Shown here one piece after another: positions 26,231-40,331 of a DNA stretch of 64,000 nt. The first letter of the stretch is position 1; each line of letters starts with the position of its first letter. The stretch spans positions 19,964,001-20,028,000 of the forward strand of contig JBHGNT010000012.1 in NCBI GenBank assembly GCA_043228905.1, read 5' to 3'. Origin of the DNA: Azolla caroliniana. Taxonomy: Eukaryota > Plantae > Polypodiophyta. The position numbers were made by a program, and so were the translations under genes. Below the pieces are notes generated by a model. It made no database searches. It was not told the DNA's origin and worked only from the letters and a program-made list of their open reading frames with translations.

Positions 26231-27320
26231 ACCGAATGGACTAGACAACCACTATTCTGGAATCCTCACGTGCGAACAAGTGACGACACGATGCTAGGGC
26301 AACTTAAGGGCCTAGCATGGGGAAAGCTGGCACAAACAGGCCTCCTATCTATAGACGACTGGAGACGCATGGCTGTTTCAGGAAGAGCCCAAGAGGACCT
26401 TTTCCCTCCCCTCAAGGGAGCTACGAAAATGCGGAGACTGATAGCTGAGGCAATTGACAGGGTTCTAATGGGGGAGGCGAGAGAACCTGCATGGTTCGGT
26501 CTCTTTGATGAGGTTGGAATGGTCAAGTCGCTAAAGGGTGTGAGCGGATTAGGGAGAGATACAGTTTTTGGGGACAGTCAGAGCAGGGGCTCTTGGCACC
26601 CAATCCGAGTGGTGGCACAGGTTGACAACATCTGGAAGACAGACCCGGATGTTGCTAAGGTGGAACCCCATTGGAGGTTAAGGGTATATGGTTGTCGCCC
26701 CCTTGTCGATCTGGATTGGGACCCAGGGGATTTCAGATGGAAACATGATGATAGACTCCATCACTTCTTCGATTACACCACTAAATTGGGTCAGACTTTG
26801 CAGCTGCAGCTGGGCAGCCCCCTTCGCAATGGCTGGCGAACATTGGGCATCCCCGATGAGGCGCTCATTACCTTTTGGAAAGGTCTCTGGCGCCTCCACA
26901 TGCCTGAAAAGATCAAGCTCTTTTGGTGGTAGATCGGTCATAATGTGGTGACCGTTGGTGAATGGCTAGGTAAACGCGGCGGCCCGAGGTGGAATTACCA
27001 ACCCCCACGCTGGTTGTTTCCTACTCACCTGCCACCCTCTCTTCGTTGTAGGCCCCAAGAGCCGACTTGTACTAGGCAACATTGAAGGCCATCGCCTTAG
27101 ATATAAGTAGCTTCTTACATTAAGTTAGACCGCAAGGCATTGTAAGTAGGCTGATCTTCTTTTACTTGATCGGAGGAAGACTCCCCAATGTGTGTATAAG
27201 TTGATCGGAGGAAGACTCCCCGATGTGTGTATAAGTCTCCTTGTAGACTCTCTATGTAATAATCCTTCCTAACTAATGGGAAAGTAGCTTCATTTTGAAA
27301 AAAAATAAAATAAAATAAAA
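26231..27320 (+). mobile_element. 5'-truncated L1-type LINE 3' end with A-rich tail
   Basis: 'RQPLFWNPHVR...WKGLWRLHMPEKIKLFWW' (zf-RVT-like region of L1 ORF2); the 3' UTR has a 35-bp tandem duplication (27166-27235) and a GAAAAAAAATAAAATAAAATAAAA tail at 27297-27320. Confidence 0.75.
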
Positions 27321-28203
27321 TGATACATTGGTCATTGTGGTGGAATGTCGTAAGGCTCAAACTGGTCATATTTGCCCCCACTACAATGTTATTTGGTGAT
27401 TACCTTCTAATCATGCAATATAACTTGCTTGCCTTATATATTTGTTTGCTTTTTTGTGAAAGTTTTATAATAACATTTTGTTTATGAAATGGTTTATTTG
27501 TACGTTGAAAGCAAAAATTTGGGTTGGTTGGAAGATCAAACATTCATCTTTACATTTAATGATATCTATTCATCCTTGTCATGTGGTTGTTGGTCCAGCA
27601 TTTACCATTTGGGCAAGTTTTCCCAAGTGATACATCATATAACCACCATTAGTTTCATTTTAACATTGTAACTAGCTAAAAGTGGACGACATGGCATGAA
27701 CACTTCAACGTCATGTATATATTAGATTTTCAATATGACAAAACTAGATAAGAGTGTTGATGATTTTCATCAAAATAATAGCATGTCCTCAATAATAAGG
27801 AGATTTATATTATTTGGAAAGATTAAAAAAATCCTCAATATTATAAAATTGGGAGATGAAGTAAGACAAATGAACATTATCACGATGAATGAAAATACAT
27901 TTTTGGATGTTAAATGTAAGTTCCAAGCATATTATAAAATTTTGAAGCACAATAAAAGTTGCAATCACTATTCCCTCTAGAGTTGGATGCATTGGTGCAT
28001 GAGTGTCATAAAGTTAAATGGTATTTCCCAATAATAATAATAATAACAACAACAACATAATGAAATGTAACAACATCCATGTAAAATAACAAGTTGGAAC
28101 CAAAATGGAATGAGTTGTTCAAGATTAGCATCATATAATCTTGTTTTAGACCTATCATGCATGATAGTTAGTAGAAACTCAATGTAGAAAGATCATGTAA
28201 ATG

Positions 28204-28668
28204 TAACAATCGGCAACGGCAAAACGAACCGTTTTAAAATCTTGAAAATTGAACCAAACTGAACTAAACCATGAAACTGTTAAACTGAAACCATTTGGTA
28301 AAAATCCAAACCATTAAACCGCTAAAACTGTGGTTTTGTGGTTCGGTTTCAATTTTCAACCTAAGTCAAATTTGAAATTTGAAATTTGAAATTTTTTTAT
28401 TATTTAAAAATTTTCCTAAAATGTGAGAATTAGGCTTAAAAATAAAAAGGTTCTTTAAAAAGTAATCATTTTAATTTTAATCTTTTTTAAAAATTTACAA
28501 ATTTTAAAAAGAACGTCAAACCGTTAAATCATTTAAACCGTGGTTTAAAACAATGAAAACCGAACCAAACCGTTTACAAAAACTTGAACCTGAACCGAAC
28601 TGTTTAAATTGTTAAGCCGCGGTTTCGCAGTTTGGCTCGGCTCGGAACCGAACTGTTGCCGATTGTTA
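28204..28668. mobile_element. hAT-type MITE, intact copy
   Basis: Perfect 14-bp TIRs TAACAATCGGCAAC / GTTGCCGATTGTTA; exact 8-bp TSD TGTAAATG at 28196-28203 and 28669-28676. Confidence 0.9.
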
Positions 28669-30069
28669 TGTAAATGCATGAGTTTTTTGTTTTGTTATAA
28701 TTATAATAGTGTAGGTTAATCCATATGAAATATGTTATTCTAGAATAGTGCTCCATACGGTAAAACATTTTCCCCATGTGATCAATGTGATTACTCAAAT
28801 GCACTTTGGCTCATAGTTTTCGAGATTTCAAATGATTTATTGAGTTTCAACTCACATGGTATCGTACAACTAGTAATAAAATCAACATGTGATTTTCGTT
28901 CCTTGACATGCTTAATAAAAAACAATTTTAACTCACCGATATTTTAAGCAAACATTTATTTATTTTAAGGTTGTAATTTGATGAAACTCAAAAGACTTCT
29001 GCATTACTTGTATTGTTTTTTTGAAGTAGGATTTGTGCTTCAAATTCAGTAGAAATATTATTTACTTGAGGAACGATCAAGTTACTTGGAATTAGGATTC
29101 AGAATACAATTTTATTATTTATAACGAAGACATGGATGCCATGTGGTATAGTTTTGGGCAAACATGTTGTTTAATTAATACAAAAACATTGTCGGAATTC
29201 TAATTCTAAACCAAGAACATCTCCCAAGGAACATATGTTTTTTAGTGATTACGAGACACCATGATTAGAAGGAATCTTAAATAAATGTATAGGTAACAAA
29301 ATAACATGACACGTTTCTAAACCTCTTTGGCCATTCCATGTATGTATGCCACAATGGTATATGAAAATTTTAAGCACAATACCTTTTGAAAATGTTTTCC
29401 ATGCTTGAGATTATTGGGATACATGCCTCCAAGTAAGGATGGTCCTAGATAATAGATATGACCAAATACATCGAATGGAAGAGAGAAATGAAATAAGTTG
29501 AAACATTTTTCACATATATTGTTGCGCATGTTGGAACGTCAAGATCAAGAACAAACAAGATAAATATATAATAACACTCAAGATTATTCTAAGAAACAAA
29601 ATGCGTATTTTATATATTTTTATTGCACACAAATAGGCAACCCAAATTCCATTGTGATATTGTAGTAAATCAGCTTACAATACCATATTGTATTACTCAT
29701 ATAGTATTTACAATAGAGAGTCATACAATGTCAACATGGACTCATATCACATCAACATGGTACGTACGTACAACATGGACTCATATAAGTTGTGTATGTA
29801 TCCATGGATGCTAACTTAAACCTCAAGGATCCTATGCAATTTTAAGCCAAAGGTTATCATGCATATGTAGGTAATGATTTAATTAGATGTCTATCAACTC
29901 TAAATATTTTTAATACGTTCCTTTTTCTACCAAATTATGGGAGGAAAATGTTTTTATAGTATATGTTGTTTATAAGCATACATGGATATAACCCTATATA
30001 GAGGATATTATATCATGAACATATTCTATATACCTTCTTTTATTTATTTAGCATAGAAACTAGTCTGAT

Positions 30070-30950
30070 CAATGTTGAGAAATTATGGTTTCCTTAACCC
30101 ATTTATGTGATGCATCTAGAAGTTCATTACACATGAGAAGGAATTATATTGAAGTCAGAAGGACGTAAACGGACAAGGGCCTTTTAAGCTTTCACCTTTG
30201 GATGACATCACAAAAAACCTCACAATTTTTATTTTTTCTATTTGGCTTTCTTTTGTCTCTCATTTGGTCCTTTTATTTTTACCCTCATTTATGATGTATA
30301 TAGGACACTCCAATGAGAAAGGCCAATTGAACTGGCATATTGTGAACCCTACAAACCCAAGTAAATAAATGGCAAAATTAGGGCTTGAGCCTTAAACAAC
30401 AACATTGATCTTTTTTGTGATTGTCATCTAGTAGAGTGAGAGAGAAATGTTGTACATGGTATTGTACCGACTTTGGTGAATAATGAAGCTTCCAACTCAA
30501 GAATTTTGGATTGAATTTGTGTCATCGTATTGATTCTGTAAGTATTATGTGCTATTGCCCAAATCTAGCTACTAATTGTCTTCTTTTTTGGTGTAGTATC
30601 TTTAGGTCTTGAGGATTTAGGTCAAACCTTGGGTTATCCTACCTCTAACAAGTGGTATCAAAGTGATAAGATTGTCTTCAAGTGGATAAGAAGGAAGATC
30701 ATTGGCAAACTTGACAATGATCTCAAGGAGGTTGTGCAAAAATGCCACAAGAGAAGAAGGGGACAAACATGTGATTAAATCAGCCGTTGAGAAAAATGGA
30801 TGAGTTTAGATGAGGTAGGAACTTAATCACTAGAATATATTTTCCATATTGTCAATGTTGTCGCACAAGTCAACAAGTGGGTCATCACACACAAGAAGAT
30901 TCCCAAGGGGACGTCATGACCCCCATGAAGACGAGGCTCAAATGTCAAGA
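30070..30950 (+). mobile_element. Degenerate LTR retroelement remnant (LTR end plus PBS)
   Basis: ...CTCTAACA (30650) followed by AG-TGGTATCAAAG, a PBS-like sequence (30653-30663). Both boundaries are uncertain. Confidence 0.45.
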
Positions 30951-33942
30951 AGTTTATCGACAAAAACTTCAGTACCTTATAGATGAATCAATGTACAATA
31001 TTGTGATGTAGTGTGCGTGAGGCATGTGATAAATGTGAATAGTCCACATACTTTTTTGATGAAGCTAGGGCCCATGCCCGTGGGTGTTGAACAAGTGCAA
31101 ACAAAAGAATAAAAGAAGTGATGCATGTTAAGCAGAGATGTTAATATTTGCTTGACAAGTGTCCCTCCATCAGTTGCCTCTATGTCAATATGTAGATTAT
31201 TATACTTTACACCTAAAACAAAGACACACATACACACTTGTGTGACACACATACACACTTGTGTCACCCCTCCCCCTTTCTTTAACTTTACTTTATCTTG
31301 TGGTACCCCTTCACCGATACCTTTTTAACACTTCAACTTTTGGCATATAATCGTTGTGTGTAAGTCATGATGAGATGAAAGGACTATGAGAGACATCTTC
31401 ATTACAAAATCATCACTTGTAAGGAGTATTATATCAAAATCCCTTAGTACTCTAAAACTATATATGTTATAGATTTCCAAGTACCTAAGTAACTGAAGAT
31501 GTCCTAGTTAGGCCACAATTCAGTCAAAAAAATCACACATGTCCAATGAGACCTTATTTGGTGTACTGTGGCCCAACAAACTGCAATCACTTTTGGAATT
31601 CCAATCCCTCCATTTCGCCACATTTTTTGCTCATTGGATACAACATGCCATTCACACGCAATAAGTATTTTTACAATAATGATGCAAACCAGCACATTAC
31701 CGCCTTTACAATATGGCAAGAACACCATGTACCACACTAACTAAACATGGTAGAAGCTAACAAGTCCAAAATCATTGACTTTGGGCTTTCTCTCAACAAA
31801 ACGGCTAGATGGTAAAATTGTTTTCATGCAAGCCATACCGTGACGCTTGATGATGTATTCTTGAGCTTCTCGAAGCCATGCAATATTTGGTCTACAACAT
31901 TATCCAACTTTGTCTTAGTTCTCACTTCATTTTGACCAACTATAATGGTGCCTTCTAGTTTCATGCTTGCACAATGATGAACTCAATTGCACGTTTATTG
32001 GTACCATCAACGAACCACTTGGAACTATCTTGATAATGCTTGACGTCTCCTATTCAATGTACAACAACATAGTTGATCGAGTCCTAGACATGAACCACTT
32101 TCTACAATCACAAGCTAGGGCAATATTCCTAAGAGTCATATAGATGTAGCTAAGAAAAACGGTCTAGTACATGAATTACCTCACCCTAGCCACTTGACTA
32201 TAGATTGCCCACTAAACATTCAACCAATCAATACATTGGAGATTATTTTACCCATAAGAAACTCGCTCAATAGACCTCTTATAAACATTTCCTTAAGCAC
32301 AACCCAAAATGTGAGCAACTATCCAAATTCCTTAAGGAGCAATGGTCATACACCACTCATAGTCGCAACTTGGACCTCGATAACTAATAACCATTCTATG
32401 TATCTGGGGATTATGACAACAACCAGCATAGCCATTAACATTATCTACATGACAAATGCCAAGACTGTGTAGACAACCACTCTTAAATATGCAACGTATG
32501 ACTAGAACTTGACTCATGTGGAGTATCATTCCAATTGACAGGATTATTAGTATGCAAGTGACACATTTCATGACCTTTAACAAGATTATCATAATAGTTT
32601 TGACTAAAATATGTGGTTCAATAGACGTTGAGACCATAACTAGCCCTCTCACCATGACCCACCCTACATATAGATCAGACCCCTAGCACAATATAATCTC
32701 CATGACATCAAGATTGTTCCCACCCCTTTTTTTGTCAAGCAACCTCATGAACCCTAATCCAAAGGTTGGTCCCACCCATTGTTGTAGAATACTTAGCATA
32801 CAATACGTGTAGAGTATGTATACTAAGTATTCTACCTTTTTTTTAAAAATACTTAGAATATATATTGTATAGATAAAATGCGTTAAAAAGGTTAAATACG
32901 TAGAATACATGTAAAATATGTTGAATACTTCTTAAATTTTAAACTGTTTTTTAAAAAGCAAATAATACAATATGTGTAGAATGCGTACATACTAAGTATT
33001 CTACCTTTTTTTTAAAATACTTAGAATACGTATTGTACATATAAAATACATTAAATAGGCTAAGTACGTACAATACATGTAGAATACTTTAAATGCAAAA
33101 AATATGTGTAAAATACTTTGAATACTTCTTTACAGTTTTTTACATTAATTTTTACAATTTTTTTTAACTTTTTGGAAACATTAAGTGCTGGTTAAATACA
33201 TAGAAATTTAGAATATGTGAAATAAATGGCAATTCTAAAATGTAGAATATGTGTAGCATACTTTCAGTCATATTTACCTAAAACTCAACATCAACCTAAT
33301 TTAGTTCTAGACTTGTGTTTCGTGTTTGTGGCATCATAGCAGTCAAGACTTGAGGAGTGCATGATGATACTAATGTTAAAAGCAAGGTATTTTGCAACTT
33401 GCAACTAGTGTCATGTGCGAGCATGCAATATCTCTTTCTCGTCTAGTTGTTGACATGGGTGTGACATATTGTCAAAGTGACAATTGTGATACAAACATGA
33501 TTATTAAATCAATATTTTCTTCAATATTTGTACATATGACTTAATTCTATGCCTATCATTACATGACAACATTGTGCATATTTGAATTATGATACAATCC
33601 CTAATACCTTCGAAAAGGAGAAAATTGAGCAAATAACCTTCTCAATGTTAGGTAAAAATGTGACAAAATCTAGCAAATTTTAGAAATGTGATCCTGGGTC
33701 TTGTGAGTAATCAAACATTATAAGAGATAGTGAGGACTATCTTTAAATTAAATTGTGCAAAGAAACAATTGCCTATTACTAGAGCAAACTCTCTAGAGTT
33801 TATTCCTTGTATGTGTATGTAGATCAAACCTTTTCACAATGGGGGATATATAAATAGTGTAATAAACTATTGAACAATCATGGCCGGTTTTCTTATGGAA
33901 CATTTTGTGAATGTGTGTAATGAGATCAAAGCTAAGTGTATT

Positions 33943-35800
33943 TGCTAAAGAGAACGGAAAGAAGAAACATGGATAAACATGGTTTTGAAAACATCATAAA
34001 CATGATCTTGATCGCCTTGTGACACGTGGATTCTTAAGCACGGAAAGTTGTTCAAAATGTAAAGGATTATTATGTTCCCTCAAGGATTTCAAAAAAAGTC
34101 TTGATCTGCAACCTTGCAAAAGTTCTGTGGAAACCCTGGGAAGCACGAGAAGAACCAAATTATTATATACTTGCAATTTCTTGGATTCGGATATAAGGGA
34201 AGATGCATGTCTTGTTCCTATGGAGTATATAATTGCAATTTCTTGGATTCGGATATAAGGGAAGATGCTAAAGAGAACGGAAAGAAGAAACATGGATAAA
34301 CATGGTTTTGAAAACATCGTAAGCATGATATTGATTGCCTTGTGACACGTAGATTCTTGAGCAAGGAAAGTTGTTCAAAATATAAAGGATTATTATGTTC
34401 CCTCAAGGATTTCAAGAGAAGTCTTGATTTGCAGCCTTGCAAAAGTTTGGTGGAGGCCCTGGGATGCACAAGAAGAACCAAATTATTATATACTTGCAAT
34501 TTCTTGGATTCGGATATAAGGGAAGATGCATGTCTTGTTCCTATGGAGTATATAATTTTAGGGTTTTTCATTAGCACTATTTGTGTTAAGGATGCTATTG
34601 ATTTAATGAATAGGAAAAATGATTAATTTCATAAAACAAGGAGACACAAAAGAGTTTACTATTGTGAACATGTCTTTTCTCATGTGGATTGTGTGTGGTG
34701 TTTTTAGGAAATCCTTTAGAAGATGTATAAACACTTATATTGTCGAAGACATTTGCGTTCAGTGCCAACAACTCTAAAACAAAGGTTATGCATGAGAAAA
34801 CTCAAAACAATGTATTATGCATGTATATAACAATGAACCACCTAAAACTATAGAATACTTCAAATATCTTGGTGTTCGAGTTCCATACAATCATAAACAT
34901 AAGGTATGCGCTATGTCTCGTCACTAGGAAGTGAGAAAAAGGGCTTTACTTTGCATTTGGGAACATGTGCAATGGAGGAGAAATCAATTGTTAGGCTTTC
35001 AAGAAATACCTCTTTGACACTTTGTGAACCCCAATGCTTCTCTATTGGTTTGAACTTTGAAGTATGGGGTGGGAATTTTGAAATGTCCAAAAGTGTTTTC
35101 TTATGAGCTTTCTTCAAGTCTAGATATAAAAGCCTTAGATGATTCCACTTCTCAACATTGGATCACTTCCATGGAGATCATGGGAATGGAAAGGATTGTG
35201 GGCCATAAATGCTTAAGATTTTTAAAAGAACTTCAAATTTGTGACTTCCTAGATTTCGCATGGGAATCAAAAAAGTTCAGGACATAAATAAAATTTTGAG
35301 TTCCAAATGAATGGTTTGGATGATGGGATGCATTAGACTTGCTTCATGATTTATTGTATCATGGCCGCTTGGCAGAAAAACGGAGGTTTACATTTCCCAC
35401 ATTATACTAATATGTTTGTTGCCTCAAACGACAACACTATCTTCTTCTCCGATAGGCAAATCGCCCTCGCCCATGCATGCTAGAGCCCATTTGCATGTGT
35501 GGCCACATCCACACTATCGAAGCCCACATTGTCTTCAATGGGATTGGGATGGTGGAACATATCATATATGCGAGGGAGAGACTCATCAACTAAGCATATT
35601 TTGCCCCAAACAAGTTCATGAGCCTTAAGTATCACATTCATATTACCGTTCCCCATATTTTAATTGAGCTTGACCCATCCTTACGCATATTTCTCTCTCG
35701 ATCACAATGTTAATTGGTAAAATTCTTCAACATCGAGATTTACTTACCAACTCTATACAGATTATGTGAAAAGCTATTATTTTAGTGCCATACGTCATTT
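33943..35800 (+). mobile_element. Highly degenerate RTE-type LINE RT/3' region with an internal tandem duplication (about 323-bp period)
   Basis: Copies start at 33943 and 34266 (TGCTAAAGAGAACGGAAAGAAG). 'LCSLKDFKKSLDL' resembles the RT motif 'CCFVDFKKAFD'; 'EYFKYLGV' follows. The downstream part parallels 20950-21400. Confidence 0.55.
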
Positions 35801-35879
35801 TCGAGGTTGATAATAAAATGTATATAAATTTTTTGTACACATCAAGAGGTTCAAACTCTTGGAAAAATTTGTAGCCTCA

Positions 35880-35914
<35 letters not shown>

Positions 35915-37924
35915 TTCATCCTAAAAGAAACCGGTTTATTTACACGAGGCTCTTAGATGTAATGATCAAGCTACCGCAATGAATACTTGTCCATAAGCTT
36001 AGGGAAAACATCTCTAAAGGAAAATTGAATTGCTTTGAGCTTATGTATTCAATGATTGCAGTACCCTAGTCCATATTAAGAGGAAGTGTCTCCTTTTTTG
36101 GGTACAAACTATTATATTCTAATAGTGTATTTTTAAGTGTTATCCACAAGTGTTAGAGATGTGGGCATTGAAAAAGAATTTTGTGTGTTCAATTTAATAG
36201 AGTCGAGAATTCATCGGGAATTCTTTTGATGCATGAGATGTTGATGACGAGGCCTACAAACAATACTTGAGTTAAAAAATAGCTAGTCCCCTTGATACCC
36301 ACCATGATATATGTTTTGTTTTTTACATATATGGTGGAATGTGGGGTGTTCCAAAAGAAGGTTTGGTTAAATAAAAGGCCCTTTTTTAAAGGAAAAGATG
36401 ACTATTCTTTATATAGTTTTACATTGAAAAGGTCAAATATATCCCTTCTCAAAGCTATTAAAAAGTATACTTCCTTAGCTTATGGAAGGCTACATTATTT
36501 CGATATAGAGTTTTCATCCCCAAAGCCCTATATCTTGTCATTATAACAATTATAAAAGGTAAGGTTGACAAGAGTTCACAATCCAAAACTAATATGGAAG
36601 TTAGTTTCCTTAATTTCATGGAAACCATAAGCCAAAGCTAATATGGAAGTTAAGGTCTCCTTAGTTCATGGAAAACATAACAAATGCTCACAAATATTTG
36701 AGGATATGTAAAATGAACTTGTTTTGGGTTAAGCAATTCAAATTCCAAAAATACCCATTTTGAATACAACATATACCATGGTTACATGTGCAATGATAAG
36801 AAACCTTGCATAGTTAGACGTTGACGATATCACATTTGTCTTTTTGTTATACACAACATTAATTCCTAGCAAAACTTGTGAGAGTCACCAATGCAACAAC
36901 TTGTGTGGTCAACACATGTCCGAAGGGAGTGAAGCTTGGAAGAAATCTTCATTTTAATATTGAATATGTTCCATTTTAACATAGCTCCCGAAATCTTCGG
37001 TACATTGTGCTAGACTTTACCATCTTCAAAGAATTTGGAACAATGGACCACCTCTTGACACCTTCATGAAACTATCTATGCTCATCCAATTCTGACCCGT
37101 GTTTGATCTATATCTTTGAAATAAAAGAAGAGATTTAAATGTCCAAGGAAAGGCATGTCATTGATTTGAATTGAGTTCTCTAATAATCAAATGCTAGAGT
37201 GCTCTGTCGAACGATAATGTTAGCACATGGTGTCACCATGCAATGCAATAATTGACCGAAGGAAATTGGATTTCATTGGCCTATCCACAAAACTTGAAAT
37301 AATAATAAAACTCGACAAAACAAGATTTTCAATCTTATCGCTTTTTTTTTTTCGGTGCGTTTTTTTTCCAAAGTATCAAAAATACATTGGTGGTCCCACT
37401 TCCTTGCCTCCTCCAATATTTTGCTCTGTGCAAAAGTAAAGAAGAAGGGCCAAGAAGAGTACACATCAACCTCTATTTTCATTTACAAAAAGAAAAAGGA
37501 AGAAGGAAAACCGAAAGAAAACTCGCTCCAAGGTGTCAGCATATGTATATGCATGGCATCCTGGGGTGAAATGAGCGAAGACCCCCGTGGCCTACTTCGG
37601 AGAGAAGGGAAGTGTCTTGAAGTCATCTCAAAAACTAGCCTATATTAGTATATATATGTATATTTCTCCTACTACATCTTAGAAGTCACACTCTTCTTTG
37701 AGTTTTTCAAACTCGAGCTCATCCAAGAGAAACCACCAAACCACGTAGAGAATCAATCGCGGAGAACTGGGCTTTCCTCATCCAACAAAAATCATCGGTT
37801 TGACAAAAAAAACCCAACGAAAAAAAAGATGAAAAACCCAACACGTGAGCGAAATTCCGAGCTCTGGGGGGAAAACTCCTTATGAGGCATGTGGCGGGAT
37901 TTACTCAAGACACAATTGTAAGAC

Positions 37925-39697
37925 TCAATCTGCGAACCCCATTTGGCTCCACACGGCATTGCGTACACGGCTCAAATCTCGACCTTTTAGTGTCCGCCCT
38001 AACCCTTCGCAAACCGAAAAGCTAGTCCTTTGGCTCCTAGCATACTCTTGGGCAAGGAACTCATGCGGTGGAAGTCGCTCATCATGAACTTTGTCCTCGT
38101 CTTCTTCTTCGTCCTTGCAATGGGCATCCTCCACGCGGCAATTCATCTTGCCTCTCGCTTGCACTACACCCATTCATTACAAGTCCAAAGATTGTTATAG
38201 TCAAGATGACCATGTTCATGGAGGTGTGTGTGTGTGATATGCTAAACATGGAAAGCCCATGCCAAAGTCATAGCTATAGAAGAAATGGTAGAACAAAAGG
38301 TGAAATGTATGTGACTCTATCTATAGATATACAACATAGCTATAGACATGAGAAAAACATGTATGCACATGAGGCTATGGCATACACATACATATCCATA
38401 GATAGAATATCATGGCATAAGAAAGGTTATTGCTATGTATGTGATGCCATCCCTCGTCGTGTATGCATAGATGCCATAACCAAGCTTATGAATGTAATGA
38501 TGCCACATATAATGCTTATGGATGTATGTACACATACATATATAGACATTGTAAAAGGCCCATCATGTATGTGATGCATTTATGCCATGCCATGCCATGC
38601 TTACGAATGCGATGATGATGATGATGCCACAGATCATGGTTATCGATGTATGTACACATACATATATAGACATTGTAAAAGGCCCATCATGTATGTGATG
38701 CATTTATGCCATGCCATGCCAAGCTTATGAATGCGATGATGATGCCGCAGATCATGCTATCGATGAATGTACACATACATATGTAGACATTGTAAAGGGC
38801 CATCATGTATGTGATGCATCTATGGCATGGCATGCCAACATAAAGGTGGCATATTAGAGAGCAAAGCTATGTATGTATGGTGATGGCATGACAAAGGGTT
38901 ATGCCATATACATACATACTGATACATACATACATACATATGTATATACACCAAGAAGGCTGATTGTGGTAATATGGTGGTGGTGATGATGATGATGATG
39001 GCATGATATGATGTACATAGAAATGTAGAGCATAATACTAACCCACAATTGTGGACCAATGTGGGATTTGAACCGGTGCGGATTGCCGCCTGGGCCTGAG
39101 CCTGGACCCGGCTTCGGAAGGCGGTGGTACCGCCCTGTTGTCACGCAGAGGTATGATCCAATTCTTCGATGATGATGATGATGATGGTGGCATGGTACCA
39201 TGCGGAGGATTATCATGATGGCCCATATTTTGTGATGCCTCCTCTGCTTGTGCTGCCATAGCTGTCCTTCTTCTCGGTGATGATGATGATGTGGTGCAAA
39301 TGAGCTTCATCTCCGCGGACTGATGATGGGGGGGATGAGCCATTGATGAGCTTCTTGGAAGAGATGAATGGGCAGTCATGATGATGGCATGGCAGGAAGA
39401 GGAGGAGGAGGCAGCAGTGGAATCAGATGCCCATAGCACATCCTCCTCTTGGAATTCATCCACCAAAGACGACAAATCCTGGGTATTATTGTTGGCAGAG
39501 GCAGAGGCAGAGGCAGAGGCAGAGGAGATGATGCCAAGGAGCATAGCGTTGGCAGTGGTGATGGAGCCTGCAGCGGCCATGAGCTGCTGCTTCTGGTCGC
39601 GGAGGATGAGGATGCTGCCCACGCCCCCAGACGCTGCCGACGAAGGAGATGATGTGAAGGCATCCGACGACCGCAGAGTTCCGAGCTGGGCAGCCAT
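37925..39697 (-). CDS. S40-family (DUF584) senescence regulator, two exons (about 297 aa)
   Basis: Exon 1 is 39697-39043 ('EFQEEDVLW', '[12 protein letters not shown]', donor GTTAGT). Exon 2 is about 38163-37925 ('[50 protein letters not shown]'), the diagnostic S40 C-terminus. The acceptor position is uncertain by a few codons. Confidence 0.88.
38480..38840. repeat. About 120-bp tandem repeat (3 copies) in the S40 intron
   Basis: GTACACATACATAT.TAGACATTGTAAA.GGCC(C)ATCATGTATGTGATGCAT recurs at about 38528, 38652 and 38769. Confidence 0.8.
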
Positions 39698-39749
39698 ATC
39701 CTCCTCTTGGAATCAATGAATTTACAGTCAAGTCTATATGCCTCCTGCC

Positions 39750-39781
39750 TCTGTGTGTCTCTCTGTCTGTCTGTCTCTCTG

Positions 39782-39844
<63 letters not shown>

Positions 39845-39974
39845 AACAGAGCAGAGCAGGGGAATGCAGGAGCAGGGTAGAGAGAGAGAGAGAGAGAGAG
39901 CCAATTCAGATACATACATATTAGAAGGGGTCCCAATTCAGAGAGGGAGAGAATAGAGAGAGAAAGGGAGGACT

Positions 39975-40009
<35 letters not shown>

Positions 40010-40300
40010 TATGCTGTTTTGGGATCCCTCGGAGAATATGCTGTTTTTTATCCCCTTTTAGATGGATGGATGGATGTAATCATGTATGTATGTATGTATG
40101 CAGGTGAATGTATGTATATATTTGAATGTATGTATGTATGTATGTATGTATGTTATGTATGTGTGTATGTAATGTAGGTATGTATGTATATGTATGTATG
40201 TATGTGTGTGTGTGTATGTAACATAGATATGCAATGTATGTGTGTGTGTGTGTAATATAGGTACATATGCAATGTATGTGCGTGCGTGTGTGTGTATGTA

Positions 40301-40331
<31 letters not shown>

